Shown here one piece after another: positions 61,473-64,000 of a stretch of DNA of 64,000 nucleotides. The notes under the pieces are model-generated. The model searched no databases. It worked only from the letters and a program-made list of their open reading frames with translations, and was not told where the DNA came from. The position numbers and the translations under genes are program-made. Location: positions 64,001-128,000 of the IMG/VR virus record IMGVR_UViG_3300032243_000867. One strand, given 5' to 3'. Within the stretch, counting starts at the first letter, position 1; every line of letters begins with the position of its first letter. The stretch comes from a virus. Its lineage: Duplodnaviria; Caudoviricetes.

Positions 61473-62133
61473 AGGTGAAGACCGACCCCGAGGGTGTGGG
61501 CGATGGTCCAACCCTGTACGCCCACGGGCGTAACGTCTACCGATGCCCACAAGGTTCCCAACTGGTGTCACGGTGTCCGAGGCGTGGTGGGGCACCCTCC
61601 CCGACTCATCTCGAAAGAACTGGCGGAGGGTGTTTCGGGCGTATGCTCGGTACGGGGTCAAGGTCATTGCGGACCCCTCCCACCGTGTTAATTTTCAGGG
61701 TTACGTCTACTCAGAGGGTGAGGCATCGCTCTTCACCGATGTGAAGGGCAACGACCCCGCTATCGCCCTCCACGATTTAGCACACTGGCGGGTGGCCCCC
61801 GTTGAGCGTAGGAACCTCCCCAACTGGGGTCTGGGGGATTTCCCCGACTACGACGACAAAGCCCCCCGCACGGTGGACTATGAAGTCGCCTTAGAGGAGG
61901 AGTCTCTCGCATCCACATTGGGTGGTTTCATGGCGGGGGAGATCCTCGGTCTGGAATACCGGCGCTATGTGATGCGCGCCCTTGATGGGGGTGACACGGA
62001 GAGCATCCACATCTTGACTCAGCGGGGTCTGCTTGTGAAGCGGCCACGGAGTTACCGGGTGGTGTGGTAGAGGGTCACGTCGGGTTGTGGGTCCCTCCGG
62101 GTGCGGGCTGTAGGTGAAGACCGACCCCGAGGG
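61473..62133 (+). repeat. 22-nt intergenic direct repeat AGGTGAAGACCGACCCCGAGGG at 61473-61494 and 62112-62133
   Basis: Identical copies, each 53-54 nt upstream of a GGGCG-TAACGT motif. Confidence 0.9.
61543..62070 (+). CDS. Hypothetical protein, EpmC/metallopeptidase-like HxxxH segment
   Basis: IALHDLAHWRVAPVERRNLPNWGL. Confidence 0.45.
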   Translation: MPTRFPTGVTVSEAWWGTLPDSSRKNWRRVFRAYARYGVKVIADPSHRVNFQGYVYSEGEASLFTDVKGNDPAIALHDLAHWRVAPVERRNLPNWGLGDFPDYDDKAPRTVDYEVALEEESLASTLGGFMAGEILGLEYRRYVMRALDGGDTESIHILTQRGLLVKRPRSYRVVW

Positions 62134-62182
62134 CGTGCGGTCTCGTCTCGCGGCGCACCTCGCTGGGGCGTAACGTGCCCCG

Positions 62183-62533
62183 GTGAACCTCCTTCACGTC
62201 GCCGCGCGCATCGCCACGGACCTTCGCGGGAAGCAGCGGCAGGGGTACTACCTCGCCGCCGTGGGGGTGCGTCGGGACGGTGCCCTCGTGCGCGCCACCA
62301 ACAAGGCCAAGCTGGCGAACGGGTACCTCCCGGTGCCGTCTACTCACGCGGAGGCGCGACTGTGCCGCAAGCTCGACGCGAGTGCGGAGGTGTACGTCGC
62401 GCGAGTTCTGTGGAACGGGCAGTGGGCGATGTCTCGCCCGTGTGAGCGATGCCGTCTGGCGCTGGGGGCTCGCCGGGTGCGGCGGGTCTACTACACCATC
62501 GGCCCCGGCGAGTACGGGGTGATGGACTTTTAG
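62183..62533 (+). CDS. Zinc-dependent cytidine/dCMP-deaminase-fold protein
   Basis: THAEARL and SRPCERC motifs. Confidence 0.8.
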   Translation: MNLLHVAARIATDLRGKQRQGYYLAAVGVRRDGALVRATNKAKLANGYLPVPSTHAEARLCRKLDASAEVYVARVLWNGQWAMSRPCERCRLALGARRVRRVYYTIGPGEYGVMDF

Positions 62534-62739
62534 ATTCGGTCACCGTTCCCGTTGACGTGGAACGTCTCGGTGATCGTGACGGTGAATCCGTTAGGTCGGC
62601 GGTGGATGCGGACGGCCTTACCGGGGCACCGGGCTTTCCACGTCTCGGACATCTTGTCGATGTCGCTCTGTATGTAGTGTTGGGGGGACAGAGATAGGTC
62701 GGGACGGAGGGCGTCCGCGGGGACGGTGGTGATCTTCAT
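62530..62739 (-). CDS. Small hypothetical protein (69 aa)
   Basis: ATG at 62739, 5 nt after a minus-strand GGGCG-TAACAC motif; MKITTVPADALRPDLSLSPQHY. Confidence 0.55.
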   Translation of the reverse strand: MKITTVPADALRPDLSLSPQHYIQSDIDKMSETWKARCPGKAVRIHRRPNGFTVTITETFHVNGNGDRI

Positions 62740-62847
62740 GCGGGGTGTTACGCCCGCACTGTGGGGGAGAACCTCTAGCGGGGCGTAAGGTGGACCGCCC
62801 GATGTTGGTAGAGTGCCTTTACTGGTACTCTGCCGAAGGAGTCTCTC

Positions 62848-63999
62848 ATGAATCAGCCGCACCCCCTCGCGAAGCTCAACAACAAGAACGGTCTCGGATG
62901 GTGGGATTGGGTCCGCCCCGAGGACGGCGTTCGTCAGATCGTCCTCACGGGAGAGGGTTGTCTGTCCGACGCCCATACCGAATCCCTCGCCGGGGAGTTC
63001 CTTACGGACTCTCACTACGAGGTGCTTCTACGCCCCGAGGACGGAGACGTGGACGTGTACAAGCCCCGGGTTGTCGGGGCGTTGGATATGCTCATGGGCG
63101 AGGGGGAGAGCGCGGGAGAGCTTTCCGAGTCTCGTCTCCTCCTTTCTATCCGTCGCAAGAGGTTCCCGGCGGGTCTGTGCTCCGTTGCCCGTGATTCTCT
63201 TCGCGCCGCAGCCTTTCCGTCGCGCAACCGAGGTGCGGCAGCGGGGAAGGCAGACCCGGAGAAGATGAAGCGTGATTCGTCGTTGGTTCTCTCCCGGGGG
63301 AACACGGCGAAATACTACACCAAGGACGGATTGCTCTCGAACACCACCGAGAGCAACTGGGTGAATTCTGGGATCGTAGGGTACTTCAACGCCACGTCCC
63401 GGAACCCCTACTGCCGTCAGACCGCGTACACCCGCGACAACGCGGACAAGTTCGCGGCGGCGATGCCCTTCCTCGAAGAAGTCAACCGGGCGTTTCGAGA
63501 CGTGTCCCCGGCGCGGTGGGGGGCTCAGAACCGTTACGTCTCGGAGGAGACGGACCTCCGCGAGAAGGGCTGGCTTCTCGGGGACACGGTGTTCTCGACG
63601 GTCACCGTCAACAAGAACTACCGCACGGGTTGCCACCAAGACGCCGGGGACTACCACCCCGGGTTCGGCAACCTCACCGTTTTCGAGGGTTCCGCCCACC
63701 GCTACGCGGGCGGGTACACGGTGTTCCCGAAGTTCCGCTGCGCCGTGGATCTCCGCGAGGGGGACTTCATCGGGATGGACGTTCACGAGTGGCACGGGAA
63801 CACGGAGATGACGGCGGCGGTCCCGGGAGAGGATGACTGGGAGCGGGTTTCCCTCGTCTGCTACGTTCGGGTGGACATGACCCGGTGCGGCACCCGCTCT
63901 GAAGAAGAGCGGAAGCGAGAGGAGTGGACCAAGACCTGGAGGAACCCGGTCGAGCAGCACGCCTTCCGTCTCGAAGAGGATCGACATCAGCAAGAGGGT
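62848..63999 (+). CDS. TET/JBP-family 2OG-Fe(II) dioxygenase, 3'-truncated by the window
   Basis: AAGGAG SD before ATG 62848; frame open to the window end; SRNRGAAAG, SGIVGYF, CRQTAY, TVTVNKNYRTGCHQDAGD (HxD), VHEWHGN (H) and RVSLVCY (R). Not in the ORF track because it has no stop. Confidence 0.85.
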   Translation, partial: MNQPHPLAKLNNKNGLGWWDWVRPEDGVRQIVLTGEGCLSDAHTESLAGEFLTDSHYEVLLRPEDGDVDVYKPRVVGALDMLMGEGESAGELSESRLLLSIRRKRFPAGLCSVARDSLRAAAFPSRNRGAAAGKADPEKMKRDSSLVLSRGNTAKYYTKDGLLSNTTESNWVNSGIVGYFNATSRNPYCRQTAYTRDNADKFAAAMPFLEEVNRAFRDVSPARWGAQNRYVSEETDLREKGWLLGDTVFSTVTVNKNYRTGCHQDAGDYHPGFGNLTVFEGSAHRYAGGYTVFPKFRCAVDLREGDFIGMDVHEWHGNTEMTAAVPGEDDWERVSLVCYVRVDMTRCGTRSEEERKREEWTKTWRNPVEQHAFRLEEDRHQQEG

Positions 64000-64000
64000 C

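Larger units (their letters stand above)
615..62791. promoter_or_regulatory. Dispersed GGGCG-TAA(C/G)(G/T/A)(T/A/C) promoter-like motif, 10 sites
   Basis: +615, 5665, 6396, 7203, 7564, 11911, 61526, 62166, 62781 and -62755; eight lie 5-6 nt upstream of a start codon and one is 7 nt before tRNA-Leu. Confidence 0.75.

Noticed and set aside
63028-63993. 321-aa minus-strand ORF in the ORF track
   Set aside because: The real gene is the + strand TET/JBP dioxygenase, which has an SD and catalytic motifs.
1-64000. Prophage or host chromosome context
   Set aside because: No integrase, att-flanked host genes or housekeeping operons; the DnaN/DnaX/ThyX/NusG homologs sit among phage-type hypothetical genes.

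Overview
A 64 kb segment of a large, high-GC lytic-type tailed phage genome, almost all coded on the + strand. No host chromosomal genes or integrase were seen. A Myxococcota-like host is a weak inference. Region 1-15.6 kb is replication, recombination and transcription: SbcD/Mre11-like phosphoesterase, Cas4/AddB-like nuclease, beta-clamp, the C-terminal half of an SbcC/Rad50 ATPase, TOPRIM primase, intein-containing ThyX, tRNA-Leu, a broken tRNA-Tyr, DnaX, a NusG paralog and a double sigma-region-4 protein. Region 15.6-59.3 kb is virion morphogenesis: fibre/spike proteins, TerL, portal, intein-containing prohead protease, scaffold, decoration protein, major capsid protein and neck-like proteins. 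It is interrupted by an RHH+TnpB cassette, a Zn-finger/nuclease-fold/MTase fusion and Vsr-like endonucleases. Region 60.9-64 kb holds accessory genes including a deaminase and a TET/JBP dioxygenase that runs off the window and is missing from the ORF track. Most notable: (1) four tandem 53-60 aa mini-genes at 6882-7576, each encoding only the variable-region segment of an FGE/C-type-lectin fold, with adenine-biased divergence like DGR products; (2) a virion gene fractured by an atypically split intein (32 aa N-fragment) with a free-standing Vsr-like endonuclease gene in between; (3) a recurring (R/K/S)VAxR(Y/F/H/W)L and K/R-x-A peptide motif at the boundaries of head-cluster multidomain proteins, including a 2H-phosphoesterase/topoisomerase IB/coiled-coil fusion; (4) two phage promoter-like motifs, one apparently driving leaderless transcripts. 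All family assignments come from motif recognition by eye, with no database searches.
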